Virus record (IMG/VR): IMGVR_UViG_3300032893_000032
Span: 7,715 to 71,714 of that record
Length of the DNA: 64,000 nucleotides
Reading direction: 5' to 3' (one strand)
Origin: a virus
The translations under genes were made by a program, and so were the position numbers. The notes below the pieces were generated by a model. That model was not told the origin of the DNA, made no database searches, and saw nothing but the letters and a program-made list of their open reading frames with translations. Shown here one piece after another: positions 1 to 9,772 of this stretch; positions within the stretch are counted from its first letter, which is position 1; the number at the start of each line of letters is the position of its first letter.

Positions 1-487
1 GACGGGTTACAGCCTGTTCACCTTCGGGTGACGGGGTTTCGTCTTCATCAGTCTCGGAGAAGTCCTGATCGTCTTCGTCCTCGACTGGCGCACCGGTTGG
101 GATCATCACGGGTGGCTCCGGGGGCTTCGGCGGCGTATACCTCTGTACCCCGTTAGCCTCCAGGTACTGGTGATTCGCCATACTAACAGGGACTTCCTGT
201 ATCCCCGGCAGGAATTCCACTAGCTGCCCCAGCTTGTACTGCAGGAGGACTCGCTTGGGAAATACCATGGTGACGGTCGGCTCCCCCGCCTTCTGTGCCG
301 CCCGGATGGCGTCGGCTGCGGACTTCGACTGGGAAGAGGTTCCGAGGATCATGTTCGGACGGTCCTCGTCCCGCTCCACTATCCGGGTGTGGGTGTGGAG
401 CAGCTCCTGGTTGGGAGTCCTGACGACACCGGGTTTAGATGGCATACTGGCGTTGGGATTGCGGTCTGCTGGTTGTTCGTTTGCCAT
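1..487 (-). CDS. Head-associated protein downstream of the major capsid gene (partial, runs off the window)
   Basis: Not in the ORF track. Read by hand from ATG 487 (MANEQPADRN...), preceded by AGGAG. Open to base 1, with a Pro/acidic C-terminal part. Position follows the MCP. Confidence 0.65.
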   Translation of the reverse strand, partial: MANEQPADRNPNASMPSKPGVVRTPNQELLHTHTRIVERDEDRPNMILGTSSQSKSAADAIRAAQKAGEPTVTMVFPKRVLLQYKLGQLVEFLPGIQEVPVSMANHQYLEANGVQRYTPPKPPEPPVMIPTGAPVEDEDDQDFSETDEDETPSPEGEQAVTR

Positions 488-570
488 GTCTTTTTTCTCC
501 TGTTTCCTCTGTACTCGGTTTGAGGACTGGGGGGTGCGGACCCCGTCCCTTTTTGATGCTTCCGCCCCCG

Positions 571-1656
571 CTAGCTGATGCCGTCGCGGTAGCAGAGGGT
601 GGTTGCGTACACGACTTCCACCACGCCCAGACGGCAGAAGTAGGTGGACTTGTGGTAGATGGAGTCGTACTGCAGAGGGGTGCGCTGCAGCAGAGTCATG
701 GGGAATCTTACCCTTTTCTTGTCCTTGGTGTAGGCGATCATGCGGTCGTGTCCAGCGTTTCCGGTTCCGACCGTACCACCGCTGCCCGCCCCATTGCACC
801 ACTTCAGGGGGAGGATCTTGAGCTTCCCGTGGCCGCCTTTCGTCGAGATGTTGTTTTCCTCGACGTAGGTGGCGATGGAAACGTTCCCCGCCGTACTAAC
901 CTTCTCGGTCGAGATATAGCCGAAAGCCGTAGGGGGAAGGAGGACTCGGTCGGGCATCACTGCCCAGCCGCTTGCCGCCCAGTTGCTGGTCAGCATCTCG
1001 TTGAAGTCCGCCAGGATCTCATCCGGCGTCTTCTGCGTCCACAGGGGGGAGCCGAGAGCGCCGTTGGCCACGTTGGCGACGTTCGTAACCAGGGAGTTGT
1101 TGAGAAGGCCGTTTACCCCCAGGGTGGTATCGCCGATGTACACCTGCTCGTCGATATCCATCTGGTGCTTCAGCTTCATTCCCTCGTGGTACTGCTGGTC
1201 GACTGGCCGTCCGAGTTTGGCGGCAGACTCCAGCTCCAGAATGGTCCACTTCAGCTCCATGGCCCAGGGGGTCAGGGGGTTGGGAATCTTCGCGATGTCC
1301 AGCGACAGGCCGGTGATCTGGTCGGTGGATTTTCCGATCCAGGCTTTACCGGTTCCGATTCCATTTCCAGTTCCCAGGCCGCCGGGTGCGCCGTAGGTCG
1401 ACTGGGTGAAGGACGAGACCTCGTCCGCAATCGTTACATCCTCGCGGAGGTCGATATCCCGGCCCCAGGTAACGGCGGCCAGGGGTTCGTGGAGCGTCAT
1501 GTCCAGACGTTCCAGTTCGCCCACCAGGAAGGCTCCGGTTGAGTCAACCGTCCTCCCGTCGTGGGTAGAGAAGGTGTGGCCGAGGGGTACGTCCATCGGG
1601 CCACCGACACCGTCCCGCGTACGGGTGGCGGAGCGGCTGGTTCCGTAGGTTAACAT
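571..1656 (-). CDS. Major capsid protein (DUF2184/encapsulin-like HK97 fold)
   Basis: Motifs AFLVGELERLD, ELESAAKLGRPVD, VYIGD..GVNGLLN and DRMIAY; 361 aa; synteny. Confidence 0.93.
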   Translation of the reverse strand: MLTYGTSRSATRTRDGVGGPMDVPLGHTFSTHDGRTVDSTGAFLVGELERLDMTLHEPLAAVTWGRDIDLREDVTIADEVSSFTQSTYGAPGGLGTGNGIGTGKAWIGKSTDQITGLSLDIAKIPNPLTPWAMELKWTILELESAAKLGRPVDQQYHEGMKLKHQMDIDEQVYIGDTTLGVNGLLNNSLVTNVANVANGALGSPLWTQKTPDEILADFNEMLTSNWAASGWAVMPDRVLLPPTAFGYISTEKVSTAGNVSIATYVEENNISTKGGHGKLKILPLKWCNGAGSGGTVGTGNAGHDRMIAYTKDKKRVRFPMTLLQRTPLQYDSIYHKSTYFCRLGVVEVVYATTLCYRDGIS

Positions 1657-1722
1657 ATCTGCGTTCTCCTTTTCCTTTGAAATTGGTTGGTGAAGTGGCG
1701 AGTAGCCAGTTTAGCCGCTCCG

Positions 1723-2373
1723 TTAGCAGTTGAACAGCAGTTCGACGACGCCGGACGAATCCTGCACGCCGTTGTAGATGGAATTGTTGTTGCCCGAGAG
1801 CGTGGCGGTATTGCCACCACTACTGGTGACTTCCCACAGCCCCTGGGTATGGGAGCCGGAAGTAGCCGCGCACCAGATGTACGGCACGCCGTTTTTCGTC
1901 GAGTTGCCGGTGTTGATCTGGACGAGGATGGCTCCGGAAACCAGGATGTCGATAACGCCAGTCGTCGGGGGAGTCCCGCCGCCGAACGCCGGTGAAGCCG
2001 ACCCCAGGGTGTTGGCGGTGTTCTGCTGCAGGGGGTAGGGGCGGACGGTGATGCCGTAGGCTGCCGTAACGGCGGTGTCGCCAGCGGCAAACGGACGCAC
2101 CCCAAGAGTAGTGGCGTCGATCAGGACCGCCTGGCCGTAGTACAGCGGGGGAGCGTTCTTGTCGATAAGCGCCTGGAAGATCGAAGCCGGATGGGTACGG
2201 GTGACGGTGCCGGGGACGCCAGCACCCATGCGGAAGGTGAAGGCCACGTCACGCGTCTTGCACGGTCCGAGGAGCTGGACCTTGGGGATTGACCGCTCGT
2301 AGTCAGGCGTGAACAGACCGCCGGGCGACTTGCGGGAGAAGTGGAAACTCTTCATCATCTCCTTGATAGTCAT
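1723..2373 (-). CDS. Capsid decoration/cement protein
   Basis: RMGAGVPG.VTR and GITVRPYP motifs; lies between DUF2213 and the MCP. Confidence 0.8.
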   Translation of the reverse strand: MTIKEMMKSFHFSRKSPGGLFTPDYERSIPKVQLLGPCKTRDVAFTFRMGAGVPGTVTRTHPASIFQALIDKNAPPLYYGQAVLIDATTLGVRPFAAGDTAVTAAYGITVRPYPLQQNTANTLGSASPAFGGGTPPTTGVIDILVSGAILVQINTGNSTKNGVPYIWCAATSGSHTQGLWEVTSSGGNTATLSGNNNSIYNGVQDSSGVVELLFNC

Positions 2374-2474
2374 GTCTTATTTCTCCTTTGTTCGATTTTT
2401 ACTGCCGCGCCGCCCGGCGAAGGACGGAACGCGTTGGTGCGAGACTTTTCGACTGTACGCTGTCGACTTTCGAA

Positions 2475-3995
2475 TTACTTGTAGAACTCCGCCAGTTCCT
2501 TGTTCAAGTCGGCGGGGGTCTTGACCTTTCCCTTCACCCCCAGCCCGTTGCCGGACGAGATCCCGACGATGCCTGCGCGGGAGGCCGGACCAGTGCCCGC
2601 CGAATCGTTGTTCTGCGCCCGCTTGAAGTTGCCGACGGCAAGGAAGGCGTCCCGGACGCGGGAGCACGGGGTCTTCTTGTCGCCCACCTTCAGGCGGGGG
2701 AAGGCGGAGTCGACGAAGTCCCGGACCTCTACGTCCTGGGTGTAAGCCTGATCGAGAACGCGGCGGCGGAATCCGCAGAGTTGGTCGAAGGTCTTCTTCC
2801 GTGGGGCTGAGGAGTCGACAGTCGGCACCGAAACGCCGGGGAGAATGATCTCGGCCAGGGCGATGGTCTGTTCAAAACTATCCACAAGGTAGCGGCTGTC
2901 CGTTACCTTCCACGCCTTGTCCCCCGTTCCCTCGGGAGCCTCCGCTTCGAACTCGATCTCATGACCGTCCTTCGACCGCTTCTTGTCGGAATCTTCCTCT
3001 TCCTCCTCCTTGTCCCCCTCCTCGTACTCCTCCTCGGAGGATTCGTCGAGGACGGCGGCGGCGACCTTGTCCAGCGTGGTCTTGAGGTCGGCGGTGGCGG
3101 TAGCCTGAGCGGCCAGACCGTCCTCCACCTTCTTGAACCGGGCATCGATGGCGGCATCCATAGTCTTGCCGCTGTCTCCAGTCCGCTTGTCCTTGCAGTC
3201 CTTGCAGTCGCAGGCGGCCCCGTGGGCATCGTCAGTCTTCTTATCAACGGTGTGAACGTGCACGTGGGTCTCGGACTTCGCCCCGGACCCGGCTTCAGCG
3301 ATCTCGTCGATGACGGCGGCAGTAGCAGCTTGATCTCCACTGTCGACAGCCTTCTTGAGTTTATCGAACCATTTCATAATTCTTCTCCTTATTGAGAGTG
3401 GAGCTTCTGGTATTTCTACTGCTAAAATCGATACCGGGGAAGAGTAAGCCGCATCCCCGATGGCGCACCGGGACCCGCACCTGCCTTTTTCAACTAGAGC
3501 CACGTGGTTGCCCACGATGTCGTACTGGAAACCTTCGCCGGGTGCCGTCTGGGCGTACTTGGCGTCGTAGCCGCAGGACAGCTCCCTCTTCCCACTTCCC
3601 CCGTCCCCCCCATCGGTAGACAGCTCTTGGATCAGGAACTTGTCGTACACGATTAAATCGCCGACCAGACAGTCCCGCAAGTCGCCAGTCCCGCGATGCG
3701 GTCCCAGGACGGAACCTTTCGAGAATTCCAACCAGTTCTCCGGGTCGACGTCCACCGGCGGATGGTTGTCGACAAAGGGTTTGCCGTTGAAGCTGTCTAC
3801 CGTCTCCGGTCGAAAGACCTCCTTCTCCGTGCGGGTGATGTGAGCCACGCCATCGGGACCGGGGGCAACGGGGGTCTCATGGGGGCCGTAGATCATCGTT
3901 CCCGTGCGGGCGAGGACCACGTCCTTGCAGACGAGGAATCCCTCCGGGGTAAGGAAGCGGGTAGGTCCGATCTGTTCAGTGGTGTAGAAACGCAT
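2475..3995 (-). CDS. DUF2213 prohead protease/scaffold
   Basis: TPEGFLVC..V.LARTG, ELSCGYDA and NHVALVEKGRCG motifs; acidic scaffold-like C-terminal half. Confidence 0.9.
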   Translation of the reverse strand: MRFYTTEQIGPTRFLTPEGFLVCKDVVLARTGTMIYGPHETPVAPGPDGVAHITRTEKEVFRPETVDSFNGKPFVDNHPPVDVDPENWLEFSKGSVLGPHRGTGDLRDCLVGDLIVYDKFLIQELSTDGGDGGSGKRELSCGYDAKYAQTAPGEGFQYDIVGNHVALVEKGRCGSRCAIGDAAYSSPVSILAVEIPEAPLSIRRRIMKWFDKLKKAVDSGDQAATAAVIDEIAEAGSGAKSETHVHVHTVDKKTDDAHGAACDCKDCKDKRTGDSGKTMDAAIDARFKKVEDGLAAQATATADLKTTLDKVAAAVLDESSEEEYEEGDKEEEEEDSDKKRSKDGHEIEFEAEAPEGTGDKAWKVTDSRYLVDSFEQTIALAEIILPGVSVPTVDSSAPRKKTFDQLCGFRRRVLDQAYTQDVEVRDFVDSAFPRLKVGDKKTPCSRVRDAFLAVGNFKRAQNNDSAGTGPASRAGIVGISSGNGLGVKGKVKTPADLNKELAEFYK

Positions 3996-4012
3996 GAGGA
4001 TGGGGTAGGGGA

Positions 4013-4041
4013 ACTGTACCCGGCTAGACCGTAATTATCAA
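4013..4041 (-). promoter_or_regulatory. sigma70-like promoter for the DUF2213-capsid operon
   Basis: TTGATA-17 bp-TACAGT on the minus strand. Confidence 0.5.
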
Positions 4042-4154
4042 GGGCGCGGTCCCGGTCTTCTTTTCACCCGGCTGTACGTCCGCGCCCCGCTCTGGCACTC
4101 CCATCTCCCCGTTCAGCGAGATGAGTAACCACCCGTTAGAACCCGCGCCGCTAA

Positions 4155-4265
4155 TCATACCAACCAGTCCGCCAGATAGAGGAAGAGTAGAAAGGTGATG
4201 CCGAACAAAATGAAGAGGAAGATCATCCAGTCCTTCCAGTTCCAGCCGTTGGGGTCAAGCCACAT
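4155..4265 (-). CDS. Small single-TM protein (36 aa)
   Basis: MWLDPNGWNWKDWMIFLFILFGITFLLFLYLADWLV; starts 5 nt after the portal stop; below the ORF-track cutoff. Confidence 0.5.
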   Translation of the reverse strand: MWLDPNGWNWKDWMIFLFILFGITFLLFLYLADWLV

Positions 4266-4270
4266 TCGAC

Positions 4271-5971
4271 TTACATCCACTCCCCGGCGTAGTACATCGG
4301 TCCCTTGTGCGAATTCCGGAGGGCGTCGACCGTCAGTCCGGACCAGCCGTCCTTCGCCTTCCCATTAGGCTTTACCTTAACTTTTACCTTCAATTTCGAC
4401 CTGGACTTTCCCTTGGCGCTGGCACCTTTCGCCTTATCCCCCTTCTCGTCCTTCCGGTCTTCCATCTCCGCCTTGTGCGCTTCCTCGGCCCTTTCCCCTT
4501 CCTCACCGGACTGTTCGAACTCCTGCTCCCCACCGGCCAGGGCCAGTTCCTGTTCCGCCCTCTGCATCTCCTGCTGCTCTTCCCAGTTCGCCTCCGCCTG
4601 CTCAATAGCCTGGTCCGTAATATTGGTCCCTCTCCCCGTGACCTTCGACAGCTGACGAATCTCCCGGAGGGCGGTGGGGGGATCGTAGATCCCGGCGGTA
4701 ACCAGGCCCTGAATGTTGGTCGAATCCTGAGCGGCGATGGCAGCTTTGTCGTTGTCCGACAGCACCCAGAGGGAGCGGAAGTCCAGGGTGAACCCTTCCG
4801 GCACCTTAATCCCCTCCGACCGCATCATCAGGACGTAGGCATTCGTCACGGGAACTCTTAAGTCTTGTTCCTGCGACTGCTTGATGTTGTCGTAGTAGGT
4901 TCGCAAGTCGGCTTCCCCAGTCGAGTTCAAACCAGCAGGGGAGACGCCGAACATCCGGACCTGGGGAATCTGGAGAGCGCCGCAGAGCTGCTGCCCGATA
5001 TAGGTTACGGCTTCCGCCAGACCGGTCATGGACCCGACCTGCTGGACCTCCAGCTTGTCCTTCATGTCGAGGAGGGAGATGCCCTCGGTGGACTGCATCT
5101 GCCGCATCATCTGGACCTGGGCCATCAGGCCCTTGAGGGCTGGGGATGACCCTGAGGCGACTATCTCCCGGAGATTCTCGATGGAAAGGGTACGGAACCA
5201 GCACTTGTAGACGAGCTGAGCCATCCCCTGAGTGGCGGAATCGAAAGCCAGCATCCGGTCGTAGATGCGTTCGAGTACCGAAATGCCCCAGAGGTTTTCC
5301 ATCACCGCCTGCCAGTAGGGAAGCTTTATCCCGACCAGACGGAGGCAGCGGGAGTAGTGAATCTTCTGGCCACGGAGGGCGGGATACTCGGTATTGACCG
5401 TGTAGAACTTCGGGAGTCCGATGTTCGGACCCGGTTCGGTGATGAGGTCGGAGAGGGATGGTTCTACCGACCAGCGGTCCAGGGCCACCATCCCCTTGAA
5501 CTGACCCTTGCCGACCGTTTCAGGACGGAGGGGGGTGTCCATGCGCTGGCCGTCGACCAGGAGGACTCCGATGGCCCCGCCGTAAAGGCGGCTGGCCTTC
5601 ACCACGTCACAAATCGAATTCCAAAGTCCTAAGGAGTGGGCGGTACGCTCCAGATGTTCGATGTCCTCCGTCTCCACGTCACCACGGATGTCGACCCCGC
5701 CACGGGTCATGTCCTGAGCGACCAGATCGATGGCGACACCGCCAAGCCAGGAACCGCGATGTATCCACTCAAGGAGAGTACGAACCCGAGAAATCGGAAG
5801 GAATCCGTAGGTCCCCCCCGATGATATATTATCGGTTCCAATTCCAAGTCCTGCCGCAAAATTCTGGAACGAATCAACAGTCCGTATCCCTCCAGCCTTG
5901 TCCGCCGCTTTCCGCATGCGTCTATCTTCGGCTGCAGCTGTCTTTGCAATCCCTTTGGCTGACGCTCTCAT
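4271..5971 (-). CDS. Portal protein (DUF1073/Acb1-N-like portal family)
   Basis: SRLYGGA, WGISVLERIYD and LNSTGEADLRTYYD motifs; the ATG overlaps the HNH stop (ATGA). Confidence 0.92.
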   Translation of the reverse strand: MRASAKGIAKTAAAEDRRMRKAADKAGGIRTVDSFQNFAAGLGIGTDNISSGGTYGFLPISRVRTLLEWIHRGSWLGGVAIDLVAQDMTRGGVDIRGDVETEDIEHLERTAHSLGLWNSICDVVKASRLYGGAIGVLLVDGQRMDTPLRPETVGKGQFKGMVALDRWSVEPSLSDLITEPGPNIGLPKFYTVNTEYPALRGQKIHYSRCLRLVGIKLPYWQAVMENLWGISVLERIYDRMLAFDSATQGMAQLVYKCWFRTLSIENLREIVASGSSPALKGLMAQVQMMRQMQSTEGISLLDMKDKLEVQQVGSMTGLAEAVTYIGQQLCGALQIPQVRMFGVSPAGLNSTGEADLRTYYDNIKQSQEQDLRVPVTNAYVLMMRSEGIKVPEGFTLDFRSLWVLSDNDKAAIAAQDSTNIQGLVTAGIYDPPTALREIRQLSKVTGRGTNITDQAIEQAEANWEEQQEMQRAEQELALAGGEQEFEQSGEEGERAEEAHKAEMEDRKDEKGDKAKGASAKGKSRSKLKVKVKVKPNGKAKDGWSGLTVDALRNSHKGPMYYAGEWM

Positions 5972-6585
5972 CGAATCGCCGCCCACTCTTCCATTGTCCG
6001 CGCACCCTTCGACTCATTGCACGGCGGACAGAGAAGTTGTAAGTTTTCGAACCCGTTGCTGCCATTCCGCGACAATGGGATGACGTGGTCAACGTGGTAC
6101 TTGTGGAGAGTGGCTGGGCAGGCGGCACACTTCCCGTCCTGTAGAATCATGAGCAAGCGAACGTCGTCAGGGGTGTGGTGACCCTCTGCGCCCCGCTTCA
6201 ATGCTCGATGGTTGCGAGTAGCGGCGGCCCCGCGACAGCGAATGCGATATGGGTCACGCTCAATCGCCCGCTGGCGCTGCTCCTTTACACGGTCCCGATT
6301 AGCCCGTTTCCATTCTCGGTTAGCAACGATCCTTCGCTGCTTGTCACGACGGTAATAGTTGCGCTGATAGGCACTGGTGTCCCGATACGGACGCTTTACC
6401 GAATGGATATGGCCACACTCTACACAGACACCAGTCGCGAATCGCCGCTCTGCGATGTGACCATTCAAGCACGGTTCTCCTGTAAAGTACCGACCCGGAG
6501 AAGTGGCGAGATGAGCAAAGTCCAACATCCGGCGTGCGCGGGCCTCCTGCTTGTATTGCTGGCGATTCTCAGGGCGGATAGGCAT
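5968..6585 (-). CDS. Free-standing HNH endonuclease
   Basis: N-terminal YFTGEPC..GH..ER..CVEC zinc motif; C-terminal CAAC..HVDHVIPLSRNG.N...NLQLLC..CN..K. Confidence 0.9.
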   Translation of the reverse strand: MPIRPENRQQYKQEARARRMLDFAHLATSPGRYFTGEPCLNGHIAERRFATGVCVECGHIHSVKRPYRDTSAYQRNYYRRDKQRRIVANREWKRANRDRVKEQRQRAIERDPYRIRCRGAAATRNHRALKRGAEGHHTPDDVRLLMILQDGKCAACPATLHKYHVDHVIPLSRNGSNGFENLQLLCPPCNESKGARTMEEWAAIR

Positions 6586-6686
6586 CAGAAAGTCGACTGG
6601 TCCTCGGCGGAGGCGGAACGGGCTAGAGATTTGGCGGAGACTTTAGACACAGGCTGTGGGAGGAATTAAAGTAGAAAGTCTAAAAA

Positions 6687-7646
6687 CTAATCTTCCAACT
6701 TCTTGAGACTGTTGGACATTGCCTTGTGTCCGTAGTGCGCAGCCGCTTTCGCGTAAGAACCGGCCTGATCCGGGTCCCCACGCTCTATTTTCTCTTTTGC
6801 AATGTGGCCCATGTATGAGGCCCCGGAGGCGTGCTTCTTCTTGAGGGCACTTTTTAAGATTTTGGTAATTCCTGGGTCAAATTTGGCGTCGCCTGCGTCC
6901 TGAGCCATGCTCTGGTGTTCTTCCGTCTTCGGGTTCCACATCGCGTCGTTGGCCGCCTGGATGTCGGAGAGGGACATGTCGGTGACCGGTTGATAATCCG
7001 CCGTGTCGTTCATGTGCTTGATGGACTTCTCCATTCCTTTGGGAAGAATGGGCTTGGAGCCGGGCTTCTTGGATGTCCATGGAGTACGGATAGTCGACCG
7101 CAGGCTTGGCGATAATCCGGCCTTGATTCGGCGCAAATTGGCCTGGCCGATCTCCTCGCGGTTGCTGTCGTCATGGGCGACTATTTTCTTACCCTCCTTG
7201 TTCCTTATCTCCTGCCCGCCGCCGGGAGGATGGGCGACATCTGTCGACTTCCCTTTGCCGCCGTGTTCCTTTTCCTTCGCCTCCTCCGACAGGAACTCCC
7301 CGAGGTCCTTCTTCAACTCGGAAATGTTGGAGTCGTTCCACGTCGGCAATCCCGCCGGGTGGCGACGATTGCTGGACCGGACCACTCGCGGGCGCTTCCT
7401 CTCTTTCGCTTCGGCCTCCGCCTGTTCCTTTCTCAGTTGTTGTATGCTTGCCCCGGTCTTCCGGCTCATCGCCTGCTCATACCCCGTCCCGTGGAGCTGT
7501 GAGTGGCCAGTCGGGTGGGAGCCGGAGTCGTAGGCTGTCGCCTGCCCCTGTCCGTATGCCTCGTCGTTTGCCCTTTGTACGTCTCCGAGCGTCAATCCCG
7601 GAGCCACCGGGCCGTAGGCGTCTCTATTTTTATTCTGATTCGTCAT
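6687..7646 (-). CDS. Probable internal head/virion protein
   Basis: Charged and low-complexity, with an internal repeat (LTLGDVQRANDEAY / MSLSDIQAANDAMW); lies between TerL and the portal. Confidence 0.5.
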   Translation of the reverse strand: MTNQNKNRDAYGPVAPGLTLGDVQRANDEAYGQGQATAYDSGSHPTGHSQLHGTGYEQAMSRKTGASIQQLRKEQAEAEAKERKRPRVVRSSNRRHPAGLPTWNDSNISELKKDLGEFLSEEAKEKEHGGKGKSTDVAHPPGGGQEIRNKEGKKIVAHDDSNREEIGQANLRRIKAGLSPSLRSTIRTPWTSKKPGSKPILPKGMEKSIKHMNDTADYQPVTDMSLSDIQAANDAMWNPKTEEHQSMAQDAGDAKFDPGITKILKSALKKKHASGASYMGHIAKEKIERGDPDQAGSYAKAAAHYGHKAMSNSLKKLED

Positions 7647-7855
7647 CTTCGGTCTCCAGTCTCCTTCTCCAGTCTACCGTTTCCCGCCCCCTGTGTCAAG
7701 TATTTATCTCTCAGCGCCAGCGCTTTTTCCAGCTTTTCCCCCAAGTTGTAGCCGGACGGCGAGGGGGACGGGCAGTAGAAGGACGGGAACACGACTACGA
7801 ATCCGTCCGGCACCCGGTGGTCGACTTCCATGAAGCTGTCTATCCGTGTCGACAT
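7643..7855 (-). CDS. Hypothetical protein
   Basis: 70-aa ORF whose stop overlaps the next ATG. Confidence 0.5.
   Translation of the reverse strand: MSTRIDSFMEVDHRVPDGFVVVFPSFYCPSPSPSGYNLGEKLEKALALRDKYLTQGAGNGRLEKETGDRR
7671..7699 (-). promoter_or_regulatory. sigma70-like promoter
   Basis: tacTTGACA-17 bp-TAGACT, followed by an AAGGAG RBS and ATG 7646. Confidence 0.65.
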
Positions 7856-7877
7856 TCGACTTTCGCCTAGCGCCTTC

Positions 7878-9770
7878 TTACCGTCCCAGCCTCGCCCACA
7901 CTCCCAGCGTCCCCGCTCCCTGGATCATCGGGGTCAGGGCGTATCTATCGGCGTCCCAGCAGTGGTTGTTCTTATCCACAATCTCCGGGAGAACGTCTCT
8001 CGTCAATCTATCCCGCTTGTAGCTGTAGTGTCTAGCCTCCATCGCCTGATGGGGACAATTCGTCTGGTGGATGACGATCTCGTCGAACTTCTTCAGGAAC
8101 GCCACGCCGTCTTCTACCGACCCCGGCCATTTTTCAGCTTCCTCGATCATCAGGTGGGCGTCGTCCCCGGTCTGTTTCTTGATATTTTCGCCAGAGGTAC
8201 GACCGACGTAGGAAATGGTCTCAGGTCGACTGGAATCCGCCCGGATCATTCGCCCGACGACCTCGGGCATCGCCCGGTAGAAAAAGGTGGCGGTGTCATC
8301 CAGCTCCAGCCCGATCTTCCAAGCTTCCTTTTCGATCATCAGTCTATTCTTTCGTCCGTCTATCCACATCTTCATCAGCACCGTGGGGTCCTGGGCGAAT
8401 CCCCAGTCCGCTCCGTAGTACGGACCATCCCACTGCTGGTCGGCGGGGGCGTCGGAAGGGGGTGGGGTGAAATCGGCGATGGAATACTTCCCACGGAAGA
8501 TCTGGGAAGACATATTCTGGCGGCAGAGTCCGCCCCAGACGTTGGCGGCAGACTCCGGGTCCACGCGGTAGAGAAAGTCTTTCTCCTGGCGAAGATCCTC
8601 GGGGAACCACGGGTTCTCGGTCCAGTTAACCTGGGCAAGGAACAGGCGGTCAGGCCCAATGTCGTCAGCGTTGACCACGAACCGTTGATACGTCGGGTCC
8701 GTTTCCTCATCCGGGTTGAAGCTTACCCAGATTTCCGACCCCTGTTCACGTAGCGTGGGGATCAGGATGTTCCAGCTGTCCTCCGAGACCTTTTCCGCTT
8801 CCTCTACCCAAGCTATGTCCAGTCCCTCAGCCGATTTCACCTTGTTGGTATTCGACTTGATCCCGTAGAAGATGAATTCTGACCCGCGCTTCGGACCGGA
8901 TTCGGTAGGGTAAGGGAAGCGGTATATCCCTTGCTTCTGGATATCGAAGAACTTGTCGAATCCCAGGAGATGAATCTGGTTGGAAAGAAGGCGGTGGACG
9001 GACTCCTCGATGGAGTTCTGCAGTTCGCGGGCGCAGAGGATGCGGAGAGGGCGCTGGACAGAGAGGATTAGAAGGGCGCGGGCGATGGACCAGGAATTGT
9101 GCGTTACTGTTCCATCTTCTAACAAGAACAGTTGGTCTCCGTCCAGCGCTACACCCGCAAATTCCCCTGTGCCGTACGGCGTTACGTTGACTTCGGACAA
9201 CAGGAAGTCTTTGTTCTTATGTACGTCTTCCTTCTTAATCTTCTTGCGGGCTACGCGGCAAGGGATGCGCCATCCACGAAAGTGGGCACGCCAACGCTTG
9301 GATTGTGACATCCAGCCTTGAATACCAATATTGGTGATATCTGGCCACGATGGATAACGCCCATTTGGCCAGCGGTATCTACCAGTACTCGGGTTCATTC
9401 CGCGTGGCTGGCCGGAGGAGGCGGACTTGCGCAGCGATAGGGTGTGGTTCTCGTTGACCACGTAGTCCATAGCCGAAGTCTGATGCACCTTGTACAACTT
9501 CCCGAACCCCCGCGTGGTCGACAACACATTGCGGGGAAGGGAGTCCGGACCCATTAATTGCTCACCCATCCGTACCTCTTCAATTGGGCGCAGAGCCCCA
9601 TCGGCCATAATGACACGTGTCCCTAGAGCGAGGCACTTCGTACTTCCACGGCCCCCGTAGGCGACCTTGTACCTCTTGGGTCGAAACAGACCTTGTGCCC
9701 AGACGGGGAAGGCAGCCTGGACCTGAGGCTGCCGGATGGGACTAAGGGTGGATTGAGCCAGGGCCGACAT
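7878..9770 (-). CDS. terL: Terminase large subunit (PBSX/Terminase_3 type) with intein
   Basis: Walker A YGGRGSTK/S, Walker B AWVEEAE, FNP motif, nuclease GADWGF...DP and NHCWDADRY. Confidence 0.96.
   Translation of the reverse strand: MSALAQSTLSPIRQPQVQAAFPVWAQGLFRPKRYKVAYGGRGSTKCLALGTRVIMADGALRPIEEVRMGEQLMGPDSLPRNVLSTTRGFGKLYKVHQTSAMDYVVNENHTLSLRKSASSGQPRGMNPSTGRYRWPNGRYPSWPDITNIGIQGWMSQSKRWRAHFRGWRIPCRVARKKIKKEDVHKNKDFLLSEVNVTPYGTGEFAGVALDGDQLFLLEDGTVTHNSWSIARALLILSVQRPLRILCARELQNSIEESVHRLLSNQIHLLGFDKFFDIQKQGIYRFPYPTESGPKRGSEFIFYGIKSNTNKVKSAEGLDIAWVEEAEKVSEDSWNILIPTLREQGSEIWVSFNPDEETDPTYQRFVVNADDIGPDRLFLAQVNWTENPWFPEDLRQEKDFLYRVDPESAANVWGGLCRQNMSSQIFRGKYSIADFTPPPSDAPADQQWDGPYYGADWGFAQDPTVLMKMWIDGRKNRLMIEKEAWKIGLELDDTATFFYRAMPEVVGRMIRADSSRPETISYVGRTSGENIKKQTGDDAHLMIEEAEKWPGSVEDGVAFLKKFDEIVIHQTNCPHQAMEARHYSYKRDRLTRDVLPEIVDKNNHCWDADRYALTPMIQGAGTLGVWARLGR
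9096..9635 (-). mobile_element. Mini-intein (180 aa) in the TerL Walker A motif
   Basis: Starts CLALGTRVIMADG, has a block-B-like VNENH, ends LLEDGTVTHN followed by Ser. Removing it restores GGRGSTKS. Confidence 0.93.
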
Positions 9771-9772
9771 TT

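Noticed and set aside
439-1542. Long antisense or alternate-frame ORFs (e.g. 439-1542+, 29545-30564-, 47605-48810+, 50501-51850-)
   Set aside because: Shadows of real genes in GC-rich DNA, with no motifs or RBS, unlike the nested nuclease at 18714.
4271-5971. Anti-CBASS Acb1 function for the portal
   Set aside because: The family label is shared, but there is no 2H-phosphoesterase HxT domain; position and motifs indicate a portal.
9096-9635. Hidden endonuclease in the TerL intein
   Set aside because: Too short, and no nuclease motif in the overlapping frames; only a basic remnant linker.
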